Positions 1-13,719 of a stretch of DNA of 64,000 bases are shown here, one piece after another. Source of the DNA: the human T2T-CHM13v2.0 reference genome, Homo sapiens. Position 1 is the stretch's first letter, and each line of letters starts with the position of its first letter. The position numbers were made by a program, and so were the translations under genes. Location: assembly GCF_009914755.1 (NCBI RefSeq), contig NC_060928.1. One strand, written 5' to 3'. The notes beneath the pieces were generated by a model. The model was given only the letters and a program-made list of their open reading frames with translations. It made no database searches and was not told the origin of the DNA.

Positions 1-489
1 TCTCTGCACAAAAAAATCTCTCTCAGGATAGACCTTGTTTGGAGACACCAATGAGACAGTACAAAGACTGAAAAGGAATGGAATGTATTTTTCAAAAGTG
101 ATAAATCCTTGAGAGAAGACACAATGTATGACCAATCCCATATGGTATAAATTTCAGCACTACAAGTTTCTCAGATAATTCAGATGTCATGGTTCCTTTG
201 GCTCCTTCAATGTATTTTCGTTTTATCAGTTATTTTCCACTTTCTAGATCTTCTATATCTCTCTTCTTTTTCAAAATATTACTCAATACTTCCTTACCTG
301 CTTTATCCTGATATTTCATTCTCTCTCCCAACAAATCTCTTCTTTTTCCTCCATGATACCTGTTTTTAGCATATGCTCTAGGTCCGTAGTTACACTCCTC
401 CTATTCTAGCCTGCTACCGTCCAAGATAGAATTCATAAGGCTCAGTTTCAAGCCTATGACTAGATCTTATTAGATTTAATTAAATCAAA

Positions 490-860
490 CCTCAACTACC
501 ACCCAGAAGTTGTAGTTTGCAAGGTCATTGATGAACTGCCTGTTATTAAGTCAAAGAACAACGGGCAGTTTTCACCGTGTATTTATTATACTTTCTGTAG
601 AATTTGGATCTGTTTGCAGCACTCTCCTTGAAAACTTATCCTTCCTCAGTCTCTATGACATTGTTGTTTCTGGGTTAATCATCATTGTGGGCTCCACTTC
701 TTCCATCAGACTTTAAATCTTGGGGTTTTCTAGGATATCATTTTTAGATGTTGTTTTCTTTCTAAGCTGCACATATTTTCTATTTCTCTTCCATAGGTAG
801 ATGATGATTCCCAAATCTACATATATAGCCTGTGGTTTTCTCTCACTTTTTGTATCCTTT
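490..860 (+). mobile_element. L2 LINE fragment (ORF2 region)
   Basis: Degenerate L2 motifs 'caaggtcattgatgaact', 'ctccttgaaaac' and 'gatgattcccaaatctacatatatagcc'. It probably resumes at about 1485-1620 after the MIR and Alu. Confidence 0.65.
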
Positions 861-934
861 TAGTGACGAATTCCTACCAATCTTACCTACAAATCTCACT
901 TGGATCTATGATTTATCTCTATCTTTTATCAGAG

Positions 935-1095
935 AAACAGTAAAGGGCCCTGGACTCAAACTCCCTCTGTGCAAGTCCTGGCTGTGCTTCTTGCTACCGG
1001 CGTAATGGTAGGTAAGTTATTTAACCTCTCTGTCTCTCATCGTCCACATCAGTAAAATGAAGATGGGAAGAGTAACTTACTCACAGGATGTGCTG
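935..1095 (+). mobile_element. MIR SINE
   Basis: MIR core 'ggtaagttatttaacctctctgtctctcatcgtccacatcagtaaaatgaagat'. Confidence 0.75.
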
Positions 1096-1096
1096 A

Positions 1097-1499
<403 letters not shown>

Positions 1500-2572
1500 T
1501 AACAGGTTTCTGTGCCATCTTGGCTGTTGTATAATTAAGCTGCAAAACAGTCGGACTGATCTTCCTAAAGTGTCATATAATCTTTTTGATGCATAAAATT
1601 CTAGGAATGCTCTCATTAATTTCACAATATAACCCTGATGGGCCACATTCTACCTGATATGATTTTTGCCAAACTCTTGAATCTAATCTATTCACACAGA
1701 AGAGAATGGAGTACATCACATTCTCCTTCAAATTTCAACCAGCAATTATGATCCTATATATCCAACTTCTTCGTAATAGAATTATTTTCCCTTTAACAAA
1801 AATTTCTACGTAACTATTTCTTAAGCTGCACTGTAAACAAATAGGCAAGATCAAAATGAGATCTAATAATTTTTGTAGGGGCAGCCAAGTCATATACCGA
1901 GGCAGAAAACTTAAAATGCAAATATCATCACACAATAGCTATGCATGGCCACCTATCATTTATATTCTTTATTTGTCGGACCTCCTTTACATTTTGTTCC
2001 TAGTGTTTCATTTTACACTGTCATGCTTCACTGTACTTCAACAATAACCATGGACGTGAAATAAATTGATTGTGCTCAGCAGAGATAGAGTAGATAGCGG
2101 AGGTAATTAAGTATAGAGGTAAATCTTCCTACAAAACCAAAATTGACATTTTTTTCCTATCATCTTGAAACTTTTGTTACTCCACTTTGAAAATGATATT
2201 TGCTTAAGGAAAAAAAAAGACAGCCTAGTATGTATTACAGTAATGTGAGTTCTAAAATTAGGCACTCAGGATAATCATGAATTAGCGTCCTGAGAGCCAT
2301 TGTGGTTGTCGAAAAAAATAATAAAGTTAATTAAAACAGTCTTTTAGAATATACATATGTACCATACTACACTGAGTATTCCAAAGGATGTGGAAATATT
2401 TTTTCTGTCCATTTTGGGCACTTTATATAGTGTATTTTTTAATCTAAAGTAATAAGTTCAAAGTTGAAAGTTCAAAATAGTGTTGAGTATTCCCAAAGAC
2501 TTTATATATAATAAACAGAAACACAGAAAGACACAATCACTATATCAATTTCTATATCGCTTTTAAAAAGAA

Positions 2573-2878
2573 TATTTATTTATTTATTTATTTATTTTGA
2601 GACAGAGTCTTGTTATGTTGCCCAGGCTGGAGTGCAGTGCCACCATCTCAGCTCACTGCAACCTCTGCCCCCAGGTTCAAGTGATTCTCATGCCTCAGCC
2701 TCTCAAGTAGCTGGGATTACAAGCATGGGCCACCACGCCCGGCTAAATTTTACATTTGTAGTAAAGGCAGAGTTTTGCCATGTTGCCCAGGCTAGTCTTG
2801 AACTCCTGGCCTCAAGTGATTTCCTGCCTCCACATCCCAAAGTGCTGGGATTGCAGGCATGAGCCACTGCACCTGGCC
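2573..2878 (-). mobile_element. Alu (AluJ/S)
   Basis: (TTTA)n tail followed by 'gagacagagtct...cccaggctggagtgcagt...gagccactgcacctggcc'. Confidence 0.95.
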
Positions 2879-3375
2879 AACTTTCTTCCTGTTAGTTGAC
2901 TTGACATGAAATGCTTGGGGCAATTTTACCAAATAAAATAAGCAATCTATAACCTATAATTTTCAAACTCCTTGTCCCATGTTTCAGATGAATTACAGTA
3001 ATGTTTAGTTATTATCAGTATTTTTAGGTATTGATGCAAAAATATTGTGTAACCTTACCTTCTCAACAGAATTAATTATGTGAGTTTATTTTAAAATGTT
3101 ACTTAAAGTGCATTCTCAAGAAACCATCATTTCTGAGAGATGGTTAGCATTGCACATTTATTTTCCTAGTAATGGAATGGATTGATTATTGACAAATTTT
3201 TGTATTATGTGTTTTGTATTTTTTAGAAATAACTAATTTAAAGCTTCTCTAAGAAATAACATTTTAATACATAATATTTAATATATTTGTTGCATGTCAA
3301 TATTTGCAGATGCATGACAGATAATATTTTCACACTATTTATCAAAAACAAAACTAACTAAAAAACCTTTTACCT

Positions 3376-3420
3376 TGTTTACAAGTGCTATTTAAGCAGC
3401 AGTGCATGTCTCCTCACATT
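3376..3420 (+). promoter_or_regulatory. Candidate core promoter (forkhead site, TATA-like box, Inr)
   Basis: TGTTTAC at 3376-3382, TATTTAAG at 3389-3396 and Inr-like TCACATT at 3414-3420, upstream of a perfect splice donor. This is motif evidence only. Confidence 0.3.
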
Positions 3421-3584
3421 TGAAAATATTGATTGGGTCTTGAAGACAGAATAACAAGCGCCAGAACTCAAGCATTTTGCCAGGAGTGGTGCTGCCTCAT
3501 CAGTACTTCAGATCCAGGCAGGGAAACTGTCAGCAGAACTGCTCCAAAGTCTGCTTTGTGAAATGCACATAAGCGGTCTCCCAG
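3416..3584 (+). other. Candidate first or 5' exon of an unidentified transcript
   Basis: Non-repetitive segment, GC-richer than its flanks, ending in the consensus donor CAG|GTAAGT (3582-3590). An ATG at 3563 gives MHISGLP with a phase 1 intron. Confidence 0.4.
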
Positions 3585-3954
3585 GTAAGTAAGACTCAGA
3601 CAATAAAGCTTTACAGATTGCAAGCAGCACCTTAACTGCATTTGAATATGAACTGGAAGTTGGTGCAGTTCTCTGTGGTAAAATGAAATTTAGATTATTA
3701 AGTAAGCATGTGCTGTATTCTGTACCCTTAGAAACTTCAGCATAGATGCCAGCATCATATTAATATTTGATCATCTTTAATATTTAAAAAGCTTTAATTT
3801 TGAAACAATCAAGATGCACATGCAACATATTATCTTCTTAAGTGTTTATTATATTCTTATACATGTGCTTGGCCAGATGTGAAGAAATATATTGCGTATA
3901 AGGAGAATAACTATATATCAAAACATTCTATGTCACTCTAACACACACCATCCA

Positions 3955-4110
3955 GTTCCTTTCTTTTGCTGTGTTTTCTACTATGTTACATTATGACACT
4001 ATTTATAGAGCTTTTAAAAACTTGTTAATGAAGATCTTTCTTATCATTTAGACTATAAGTTCTTTGAAGTCAGGGTCCATGTCTGCTTTGGTTTATTACT
4101 AAATCTAATT
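3955..4110 (+). mobile_element. L2 3' fragment
   Basis: 'tagactataagttctttgaagtcagggtccatgtctg' matches the L2 3' motif. Confidence 0.6.
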
Positions 4111-5771
4111 AAGAACCACTTCACTCTCTGCAATTGGAGTAACAAAAAAACTACCAGTTTAATGAATTAATATGCTTTCAATATTGCTTTCAAAGTAGAA
4201 GGAGACAGTTTGATTAAATCATATAGCAACCATGAAATACACCAAATACATGTTTGCTTTTAATATCTAGAAATGTTAAACTGAGAATTTCTTTATAAAA
4301 ATTCTTATATTCTTATTAGGAAAAGTAATTAAAAAAAAGCTATTTGTACCACAGAAAATAGTGTATATAATACTAAAAATATAAAAAAATACATTTAGAA
4401 TTTCAGATATTAGCAATATTTTTCCAGAATCTATCCTGATACTCTTTGATTAAAAAAAGTAAGATAGAAAAATAATATGGTTATGCCTTGTGTATAAAAT
4501 AATAAAACTGCTGACACATCATTATTCTAGGTTTACATACCTTTACTTGCCTGGTCCCTATTGTGTAACAAATAGTATGAGTTTGTAAAATGACTGGCTA
4601 GGGAAAGGGACAAAATTTGTATCCATGAAGTATGCAAAAATTAACAGACCCCCACAGGCATGAAACTCTGGCTTTCACTGTGTTAGTTCAAGGCCTATCC
4701 CAGTGGAGCAAAGCAGCAAGGATTTGGGGTCTGTTTCTTTTCTCACACATCTTTTACAGCTCATCATTGCAGTCTGCTTTTTCATGTGATTGCAATGTGG
4801 AAATTCTTCAACTTTCTTGTTGAATAATATTTAAACTCTAAATCACATCCAATTTCTTAGTATAAGCATATGTTCATGACCATTTCCTAATATAGAATAG
4901 ATATGCCTTCTGTTTTGATTACATTCTGCTTCACTTGGTTATTTTCCTTTGGACCACCCTGGAACCTCATTTTAATGTAGACAGCTCTCCAATATTTACA
5001 TAGGAATATAACTAAAAATTATTTCTGTCTTCTTTAATAAATCTGTTGCTACTGTTACTACTGGCTCTTCCACTCTAACTTTCCATTTTTCTTATTTGAT
5101 TGCAACCAAAATTCTTGATTTTAGGGCTGGTCTCTTTTTCTCATTCATACATCACTTAATTTTGTGTTTCCTTACAGATGGAATTTCCCCAACTGAGTTT
5201 CATGTTTCCTTTGTTGACATTCAGTATCTCAAATAACACCTGTATATACTGGTTGATTAAGAATTGTCCTATAACTATATGTTGAATAAATAATCTTAAA
5301 AGTTCAATTCACTTACTTTCTGAAAAATTATATTTATATACATGCATATAAATAGAAAGATACATACATATATTATATATATGTTATTCAAAATCACCAT
5401 AGTAGAGGTTTTATTAAATGTATGTGTGTGCTACAGTTTGTTTATATATACTATATTAATCCCTCATTTTTCCAGTTAGTCTTATTGAATCTAGAAGATC
5501 TAAATAAAATGTACTGAATTGAGAGTGTCAAATAGTATTCGAAGACAGTGTATGTCATAAGCTTAGAACTACCACAGTGTTTTGGAAAATGGTCAATAAA
5601 TAACATTAAGCTTCAACTTCAGTGCAGGAGAATGCAAGGTTGAAAGTCACTCACCCTCTATTTTGACGTAAACCATTAATGAATCTTAATCAGACAGAGA
5701 ACTTCATCATACACTTTGGTGTAATAAGATTTTACTTGTCATAATACTTTGTTAACAAAGAAAAGGCTAGA

Positions 5772-5893
5772 GACATCACACAATATACCTATTACGATAT
5801 ACCCATTTTTCCTTAATTTTAATTCAGGAGGTACATGTGCAGATGTAACAGACCTGCACATGTACCCGCTGAATCTTACATTAAGAAAAAAAA
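5772..5893 (+). mobile_element. Short L1 (L1PA-old/L1PB-type) 3' terminus with internal inverted duplication
   Basis: 'catcacacaatatacc...atgtaacagacctgcacatgtacccgctgaatc' followed by an A-tail, flanked by the direct repeat AAGGCTAGA. Confidence 0.75.
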
Positions 5894-6139
5894 GGAAGGC
5901 TAGAAAAATAGGATGTGAGGATGGAGGGAGGATGAACAGAGAAATATTTCTGAGAGGAATTTTGTATTTTAGTTTTTTTATAGAATTATCATTCCACATG
6001 GAAATTTTATTTTTATCTTTATTGAGATTCTTAAAAATTCACTATGTTTAGAGAGAAAAATAATCGACTAGAAAGAAGAAGAAGAAAAGGAAAGGAATTC
6101 TGAGATTTTAGTAAAACTGTATCGTCTTCTTTACATTCT

Positions 6140-6436
6140 TTTTTTTTTTTTTTTTTTTTGAGACAGAGTCTCGCTCTGTCACCCAGGCTGGAGTGCAGTG
6201 GAGTGATCTTGGCTCACTGAAAGCTCTGCCTCCTGAGTTCACTCCTTTCTCCTGCCTCAGCCTCCTGAGTAGCTGTGACTACAGGCACCACCACGCCTAG
6301 CTAATTTTTTGTATTTTTAGTAGAGACAGGGTTTCACCATGTTAGCCAGGATGGTCTCGATCTCCTGACCTCGTGATCTGCCCGCCTCAGCCTCCCAAAG
6401 TACTGGGATTACAGGCGTGAGCCACTGCGCCTGGCC
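6140..6436 (-). mobile_element. Alu (AluY/AluSc-like)
   Basis: PolyT tail, diagnostic 'aagctctgcctcc' and 'ttagccaggatggtctcgatctcc', and TSD TACATTCT at 6132-6139 and 6437-6444. Confidence 0.95.
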
Positions 6437-7522
6437 TACATTCTCTTTTTATATTAAGAAAAATGATCCTCAGAAAACACACTATATTATTTCAGAAATT
6501 CAAATAATAACTTTGCATATAAATATTTCATTTATGTTGTTTACGTAATGTAAGAGGACATGGTACTTACCATTTTCAAATTAAGGACTATGTTAAAAAT
6601 TGGGATATTTCTTAGATCTCATATCAGAAAGTTCAATGTAGTTTAACCTTACAAGGGAAATTCAAGACTTAAATTTCTGTTTACAAGTTTATAAAAATTA
6701 GTTTCAGATAGTCATCTTTTTCATGGTATCATGACAATCCATTTATTCTAATTTAATTTATTGTACTTTGCTGGAATGTCGCACATCTTCTTTTTGTTAG
6801 CGTCCATTGTTCTTATTTGCCAAACTAAAAATGGCTAAAGATAGAATTTTTGCTCAGTTGCTACTCTTCCTAACAACATTGTATATTTGTTGTTTTAATT
6901 TGCTTGACTCTTAAAATATACATATATGTAATATATATGTATTTTATGTATAAACAGAATCTTGCCAAGTTATTATTTTTTAACGTTCCTTTAATCTCTA
7001 GAAATTGGAGAAAATTCTTTGCACTTTATGTAATTGAGAAAATTCAACAGTAAATTTGGGAGAATTACTACTCTCTATCTTATCTAGGGCTGAAATTGCT
7101 TCTCTCTCACTCTCTCTGAGGTCACTTCGCATCCCAGAGCAAAAGCCTATTCTGGCCTTGTTGTGTCAGTCTCATAGTGATCACACTCTCTCAACTTTCT
7201 TCCCTTTCTTGCTCAAGACTTTTAGGAAGTTTTGAAAATTTAATCAATTTCATCCTGCATGCAATATATTTCTCAATCAATATTAACAAATACTAAGTTT
7301 GCTCTCGGAATGCAAACCCGTAAGATCTATCTGACTGTTCAAAATAGGCACTGGCTGGAGAAGGCATTATCTAATGGGAATTACCTTTAACCCCAAGAGA
7401 CAGATTTTGGGTTGTGCCCTCAGTGATATAAGGTGATATAAGGCAAGATTTCTCAAGGTGGGTACGCAGCATTCCCTTCCAATAGAATGTTAATAGGTGC
7501 CATGTAGAAAAGGAAATATTCT

Positions 7523-7524
<2 letters not shown>

Positions 7525-7560
<36 letters not shown>
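7525..7560. repeat. (GT)18 microsatellite
   Basis: Perfect dinucleotide run. Confidence 0.97.
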
Positions 7561-7563
<3 letters not shown>

Positions 7564-8309
7564 GAGATGGTTTGAAAAAGGAAAGTGAGTACCTTTACTA
7601 CAAGGATCTTGGAGTCTTTAATACATTAATGTGCAGCATCAGTCTGCAAAACGTATTGAACTGTATGGAAAGTCCAAGTTTTATATATTTAACATAAGCC
7701 CCACTCCTATGAGTCAGTGTAAAGACAACTGTCTTCACGCTGAAGGGTGCCGTATGGACCTGTCCACATTATCTAAGAGCATAGTCTCTATCCTCTGTCT
7801 TCCTCCTATAAAGTCTATAAAGCCTCCTCTGAGATGTTTACCATTAGGTGGTGAGCAGTAATCCTGAATAAGATGAGTTATTCCAAGAATGGTTTTTCCC
7901 ATCTGAAAGGGCATAGTATAGGCAGGTTGAAGGAACTCCAACAAGAAAGTGACTCCTTTTACTTTCTTTCTCTACACAGACAGGTGTGATTACCTCTGAT
8001 ATTTGGTTCTGGACTCTATTTGGCCCAATCTAGCTTACTCAAGTTTTTCATTAGGATTTCAGAAAACACTCTAGCTAATAACAATTTACTAGTTTGTCTC
8101 CTTCCTGCGTATATCTATCTTAGAGGTTTGTGAGTAAAACGTGTTTAGAATGAGGGCAGAATTAAAATATTGTGGGTACCACTGGCTAAATGTGTCTTAA
8201 CATTATTTTAGATCACAACTTAAATACATTCTTTATTCAACATTTAACAGAATATAACAATTCTAAATTAGCCTAATTACATTTTTTTGTTTTAAATTTG
8301 AACCTGTGT

Positions 8310-8475
8310 AATTTAGTAAGGTTGAAATACTGGCTCTACTACTTAGTAGCTAGATGGTCTTCATTTACATTTCTAATCTCTTTGAGCCTCAATTTCCTAG
8401 AATATAAGTGGGGATAATTAATATCTACCTCATAGTATTATTTCAAGTAATGATTAAAATGATACATGTAAAGTT
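8310..8475 (+). mobile_element. MIR, interrupted by an LTR; 3' end resumes at about 8950-8995
   Basis: 'tctctttgagcctcaatttcct...ggggataattaatatctacctcatag...gatacatgtaaagt'. Confidence 0.8.
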
Positions 8476-8945
8476 TGTGAAAGAAAAATAGAATCTCAGG
8501 ACCCCAAACTAACTAAGCCAAAGAGAAGGTTAAGCTTGGGAACTGAGTCATGCAAAAACTGACTTTCTTTTGTACTGAAACAGATAGCTTTAATTTCACA
8601 TGCTTACTTTATCTCATGTAAAATGTAGATTTATTGGGCAAAACAAATGAATCCCCCCACTCTCTTCTTCTCGCATGTAAAATGTAGATTTGCTGAGCAC
8701 TAATCAGAGCCTCACAGGAATGTAATTACTTACATCATTGCCTACCCACCCTCCTTTTTTTTTCCTTCCCCTCCTACTTACTCTTTCTTCTTTAAATATT
8801 GAAGTTCCCAACACCCTCATTGGAAAAAGCACAGGTCACAGATCCTACTGTGACTTGTGTTTCTTTTTGTCAGATGCATCCTCAGCCTTGGTAAAAATAA
8901 ACCTTTAATCAATTGAGATGTGCCTCAGTCCCTTTTTGCTTTACA
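8476..8945 (+). mobile_element. ERV1 solo LTR, MER4 group (MER4C-like)
   Basis: TG...CA termini (TGTGAAAGAAAAATAG...TTTACA), internal AATAAA, and a 4-bp TSD AGTT at 8472-8475 and 8946-8949. Confidence 0.85.
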
Positions 8946-9019
8946 AGTTTTTAAGAGAACAGACAGCATAAGTGATAGGTAAATTATAATAGCTACAAAT
9001 CTGCCCACTTATAATTGCC

Positions 9020-9563
9020 TCACCATGCAGCAGCCAGCTCAAATTAGATCGTGTTCTGTTTAATACCATCCACTAGTTCCTAACCACCCTTAGAATAGAT
9101 TTCAAAGTTCCACATATGCAGTTGCCATATCTTACTTTACTGCCTCACTTTTGTGCTACTTTTCCTGTTTCTTTATTTCTCTGGTCACAGTGACTCTTAA
9201 TATATTTCTTTCACACACCAAGCTTGCTTCTGCCTCAAGGTATTTGTACTTGCTCTTATTATTTCCCAAAATTCTCATCTGTAAGATTTTCATTTGGTTG
9301 AAATCTCCTGTCACTTCCATCTCTGTAGAAATCATCTCTCCTGAACATCTAAATACCCCCATTGCTTTATCTCTTCATGATATTTCCCATTAGTACATGT
9401 TTCTTTGTTTACTTGTTTGTTGCCTGTCTTCACCATAAGAATGTCATTTCTGTGGGTATAGAGGCCCACCATTCTGTTGTTTTCTGCACTGTATTCACAG
9501 TGCTTAGAATAGGGTTTGTGACATGGTAAATGCTCAGTCAATTTTTGTTCAATAAAATAAATG
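9020..9563 (+). mobile_element. L2 3' end (L2a-like)
   Basis: 'tgcctcaaggtatttgtacttgct' and terminal 'tgcttagaatagggtttgtgacatggtaaatgctcagtcaatttttgttcaataaaataaatg'. Confidence 0.75.
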
Positions 9564-9854
9564 GTGTAGACTGTGGTCATTTAAGTGATTCTTTTGTGGG
9601 TTTGGCCAACAGTAGAAGTTGTGAATATTCTGGTATCTGGCGCCAGAGAGAAGTGCCTAGGAAATAGCTGAGAGAGTGAGTCTTTAGTCAGCAATCTTAG
9701 CCCTTCATTCTTCTAATCAGTCTTACCTTTGACAATCCATGTTCTGATTCAGAAAGGGAAGATGACAAAGTTAGGACATGATACATATATGACTCACCAG
9801 TATATATTCATGGCTAGCAGCATCAGGAGATCATAAAACCACGGTCACACTCTT

Positions 9855-11303
<1,449 letters not shown>

Positions 11304-11429
11304 TTAAGGACTGTATTTGCACAAACCTGGAAACATTCATCAGAGGGAGACTCTTGGGACTTAATCAAAGATACACATGGGATAAAGGTTTCAAGAATTT
11401 CTGCCTGTAGGACAGACTTAGATATCAAA

Positions 11430-12965
11430 AATACTCCAGGGCATCTACCCCCTAGCTTTGGTTTCTAATATTATTCTCCAATTAAAGGTTCTAGGGTTGC
11501 TTAAAGAAATGGCAGAGTCTAGGGCTGAGGCAGAGAATATACAAGATGGGCTGGAGCATCTCGTAGCATGCAAAAGTAAGAAAATGTTCAAATAACAAAA
11601 ATATCTCACAATGATGGAGATATGTCAAAGGTACACAGGAGCCAACTGAAAAGAATTCTCAAGGGTCAGAGAACAATTTGAGCAACAAAATAAAGTATTA
11701 TTGGATTATAATACAAATGAATTCATACTAATATAAAGAGATAATTGAATAAATAAATGAATGGGGCAGAAGAGACAAATCTCCCTTGCAGAATAATTCC
11801 AAATAATTTATGTAGCTATTTTACTCTCAAAGAGGTGGAACATAAGTCTCATTCCTTAACAGTGGGATATTTAGGGTGACTTCCTTTGAAAGAGTATGGT
11901 ATGGAAAGGGAAAGAAAAGAATGTCTTTACACTGGAGAAACCTGACACTTGACCAGGTGATCAAGATAAACATCAGCAGTGGTAAATCACATTATAGTGT
12001 ATACCACTGACATGATGTGATAAAAATGACACTCTGCCTCTGTGGACTCCCTTCCTTCCCAAAACCCATAACTCCAGTCTGATGATGAGAAAAACATGAG
12101 GCAAATACCAACTGATAGACATTCTACAAAATACCTGATTGGTACTCATCAAAACTGTTAAGGTTATTAGAAATAAGAACAGTCTAAGAAACTGTCTCAG
12201 TTAAGAAGAGCCTGGTAAGATAAGGTGACTAAAAGTACAGTTGAAACCTGGGTGAGATCTTGAAACAGAAACAGGACACTAGACAAAAACCAAATAAATC
12301 TAAATAAAGTATGAACTTCAGTCAATTATTTATCAATGTTGGTTTATTAGTTGTTATAAATATACCATACTAATGTAAATTATTAACAAGAGGAGAGATC
12401 GTGTGTTGATAATACAGAATTTTTGCTTCTTAGTGCAGCTAAATCCTGGTTCTTGTGTCACAACCAGGAAAAATTAGGCACACACACACACACTGAAGGG
12501 TAAGCAGAAGAGAATTTATTGGGTGAAAAGGAAAAGAGAAAGAAAGCACTCAGCAAAGCGAGAGGGAGTCCTGCCAACGGGTTCTCAACACCTGACACTT
12601 TGAATACCAGGCCACCACACACGCGCCGAAGAGGCCAGGTTCCTCTCCCTTGCACAAGGTGTGATCCTCCCATGGCTCCACTCCATCATCCCAGTGCACA
12701 GGCAGGTCCCCAGTCCATGATGGACATGTGCATACAAGACTCTGGGTGGTTCCCTCATCTGCACAAATGGATCTGATGTGAACACTTGTGGGGCGGGTCA
12801 GCGATTCTCCGTGTACCCCCCTTATCTGCCTCCTGCATCTATCATTGGGTATATATTGTCTTTGCAAACTGTCTTTGCATCTATCATTGAATGTCTGTGT
12901 TGTCTTTGCAACTGTTCTGTTAAGATAAAACTATACTAAAATTAACAAGTTAGTTAAAAAGAAAA
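11430..12965 (+). mobile_element. Old L1 3' region (L1MC/L1MD-type), interrupted by a MER61 LTR
   Basis: 'agaaatggcagagtctagggctgaggcag', 'tttacactggagaaacctgaca' and 'taccatactaatgtaaattattaac'. Confidence 0.8.
12407..12844 (-). mobile_element. ERV1 solo LTR, MER61 family
   Basis: Reverse complement begins TGATAGATGCAGGAGGCAGATAAGGGG and contains 'tgtggtggcctggtattcaa'. Confidence 0.8.
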
Positions 12966-13032
12966 CTTCAGGACAACCATCCACACTAGACTACATAGAT
13001 AGACAAATGATGAGTTTGCTGAGAGTGAAGAT

Positions 13033-13094
13033 TTAAATACACTTCAGACATATTTATTGCAAATGTTAAATAAATATATCTGAAGTGTATTTAA
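13033..13094. repeat. Inverted repeat with 26-bp arms, 1 mismatch and a 10-nt spacer
   Basis: TTAAATACACTTCAGACATATTTATT versus AATAAATATATCTGAAGTGTATTTAA. Confidence 0.92.
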
Positions 13095-13719
13095 GTGTAT
13101 TTAAATGTATTTATGTTTTAGGTGTAGAAAAATGCTTAATATATAAATAAATAAATTGATTAAAAAGGTAATATTTTATTGTTGCCTGGCTTACTAATTT
13201 TAAAAATTACTTTTTACTATTTTTATACTTTTGAGAGGAGAACATATAAAAAAGAAGTTGGGCTTATTAATTTCATATCAAACAGAGGAGCAAATCCCTA
13301 TGTAATATTTCATTTTAGTTAAATTTAAAACAAAATAATAATAGCATAGTTTTTGTGATTATTTCCATCATAAATCAAAAGCTTTTTAGAGACATTATCT
13401 CATTCCTTTCAACATCATTTTTTAGATTAAGGCTGAAAAAATGTCAGGCACATCTTTTTTATGTAAAGGATAGTACTTTAATAGTTCAGGCTATGACTAA
13501 CATTGTTCAATTTAGTCATTTCTAAGCCTGAATTGACCAACTTCCTTTGGGATGTATAACTATTTTTAGCCCAGGGCAGATATTTATATAAAATTCCCCA
13601 AGGAAACCATCTAGTCTTGTCTCTGTTCCCAGAATCCTGATTAAAACACAACAAAACAAAACAAAAAAACAAAAAAAAACTCATGAAAATAATATTAAAG
13701 AGCAGGAACTTACCTAATG

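Noticed and set aside
7600-8080. GC-richer block that might be an LTR or an exon
   Set aside because: I could not match it to a family or find termini, a TSD or splice signals, so I left it unannotated.
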